37,935 bases of DNA. Origin: a virus. Its lineage: Duplodnaviria; Heunggongvirae; Uroviricota; Caudoviricetes. A program made the translations under genes and the position numbers. Shown here in pieces: positions 36,778-37,935 of the stretch. Numbering within the stretch: position 1 is the stretch's first letter; every line of letters starts with the position of its first letter. The stretch is from positions 1-37,935 of the IMG/VR virus record IMGVR_UViG_2778261393_000005; one strand, 5' to 3'. A model generated the notes under the pieces. The model worked only from the letters and a program-made list of their open reading frames with translations. It did no database searches and was not told where the DNA came from.

Positions 36778-37935
36778 TTACAGCACACTTTCATCAAGCC
36801 AGTCCGCCCACCACTGCATCATTTCTCTGCGCTTATCGAGATACTGAGCATGGTTGTAAATACCGCGCACAGATCCTCCGTTGGCATGTGCCAGTTGCAC
36901 TTCAATAGCGTCAGCAGGCCATTCGTGCTCGTTCATAATCGTGCTGAATTCATGCCTGAATCCGTGACCGCTTTCCAGACCTTCATAGCCGATTTGTTTG
37001 ATCACAAGCAGTACCGCGTTCTCGCAGATTGGCTTCTTCTTATCGTTGCGTCCGGCAAAAACAAACTCTGATACTGGTTTAGTGATTGAGCTTAGCGTAG
37101 TGAGAAGTTCAACCACCTGGTCTGACATAGGAACAACATGAATCTTGCGGCCCTTCATCACACTGGCGTCGATAGTGATAATCCTGTTTTCAAAATCGAC
37201 GTTCTTCCATTGCATGGAACGAAGCTCTTTTGTTCTGAGGGCTGTGTAGCGTAAAACTTTGGTCGCAATGAGCGATACGATACTTCCTGAAAATGTTGCC
37301 AGTGCTTTGTTGAATGCCGGGATCTGGTCTGCAGGAAGAAACGGGAAGTTCTTCTTGCGGTATCCCTTCATGGCGTCAGCAAGGTCAGGTGCCGGGTTAT
37401 ATTTAGCCCTTCCGGTGACAATAGCGTAACGAAAAACCTCGCCGCATCTTCTGCGGGCTTTGTTGGCTCGCTCCATTGCACCGCGATCTTCAAATCTGCG
37501 GATTACTTCCAGCAGTTGCATCGGCTCAATATCCTGAATCTCAAGACCGCCGATGATGGGTAAAATGTCGTCATCAAACATTTTGGCAAGTTCAGTTGCA
37601 TAGCCTACTGACCAGACTTGCTTCTTGTGCTCGTACCATTCCTTGTAAATCGCACTAAATGAATTGTTGTTAGACGAAGCCTTTTTCGCCTTTACCGGAT
37701 CGATGCCAACCGAGATGTCTTTCCTCGCAGTCCATGCCTTATCCCTTGCTTCCTGCAAAGTCATAAGCGGATATTTTCCGACGGTCAGGATTTTCTCTTT
37801 ACCGTCAATCTTGTAGCGAAGCTGCCATACCTTTTTCCCGGATACAGGAACATAAAGGTACAGGCCATTACCATCGAGAAGGCGGTATGGTTTTTCTTTC
37901 GGCTTTGCTGCTTCAATTTGCTTAACGGTGAGCAT
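36778..37935 (-). CDS. int: Tyrosine integrase (P4-type; IntS-like)
   Basis: 385 aa; P4-family N-terminus MLTVKQIEAAKPKEKPYRLLDGNGLYLYV; catalytic region ...HGFRHEF...VQLAHANGGSVRGIYNHAQY; ATG is the last three bases of the window. Confidence 0.9.
   Translation of the reverse strand: MLTVKQIEAAKPKEKPYRLLDGNGLYLYVPVSGKKVWQLRYKIDGKEKILTVGKYPLMTLQEARDKAWTARKDISVGIDPVKAKKASSNNNSFSAIYKEWYEHKKQVWSVGYATELAKMFDDDILPIIGGLEIQDIEPMQLLEVIRRFEDRGAMERANKARRRCGEVFRYAIVTGRAKYNPAPDLADAMKGYRKKNFPFLPADQIPAFNKALATFSGSIVSLIATKVLRYTALRTKELRSMQWKNVDFENRIITIDASVMKGRKIHVVPMSDQVVELLTTLSSITKPVSEFVFAGRNDKKKPICENAVLLVIKQIGYEGLESGHGFRHEFSTIMNEHEWPADAIEVQLAHANGGSVRGIYNHAQYLDKRREMMQWWADWLDESVL

Noticed and set aside
1-37935. 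Search for CRISPR arrays, tRNA/rRNA genes, transposases or IS elements
   Set aside because: No spacer-repeat arrays, no cloverleaf-compatible tRNA sequences, and no transposase-like ORFs were seen by eye; the only repeats are the ori iterons and the low-complexity coding repeat.

Overview
The window is an essentially complete temperate P22-like (Sf6/HK620-type) prophage or phage genome of about 38 kb, read from the xis stop codon (pos 1-3) to the int start codon (pos 37933-37935); no att core or flanking host DNA is visible. All calls rest on reading the six-frame translations and DNA motifs by eye and on recalled protein families; no database search was run. Layout: (1) a leftward early operon on the minus strand, 6122 down to 1, with N, ral, a coiled-coil protein, cIII, kil, erf, ssb, several unknown ORFs, xis, and int wrapping to the right end; (2) an immunity region at 6280-8223 with nutL, pL/OL, a cI-coupled membrane protein, cI, OR/PR/PRM, cro, nutR, a CII box and cII; (3) replication genes (O with internal iterons, DnaB-type helicase) and a nin region (ninB, Dam-like methyltransferase, ninE, ninF, Ant/KilAC-like, rusA, ninH, Q); (4) a lambda-type late control and lysis cassette (PR', 6S/tR', S, R, Rz/Rz1); (5) P22/Sf6-type packaging and virion genes (terS, terL, portal, scaffold, coat, gp4, gp10, tail needle, gp14, ejection proteins gp7/gp20/gp16), an mnt-like repressor, and a tailspike with a P22-type N-terminal head-binding domain; (6) an AT-rich 666-aa acyltransferase-3/SGNH O-antigen acetylase next to int. 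No rRNA, tRNA, CRISPR array or transposase was found. The candidates I would look at first are the membrane protein coupled to cI, the AT-rich tailspike/acetylase conversion module, the orphan mnt locus, and the uncharacterised early-left ORFs; none is demonstrably a new system from sequence alone.
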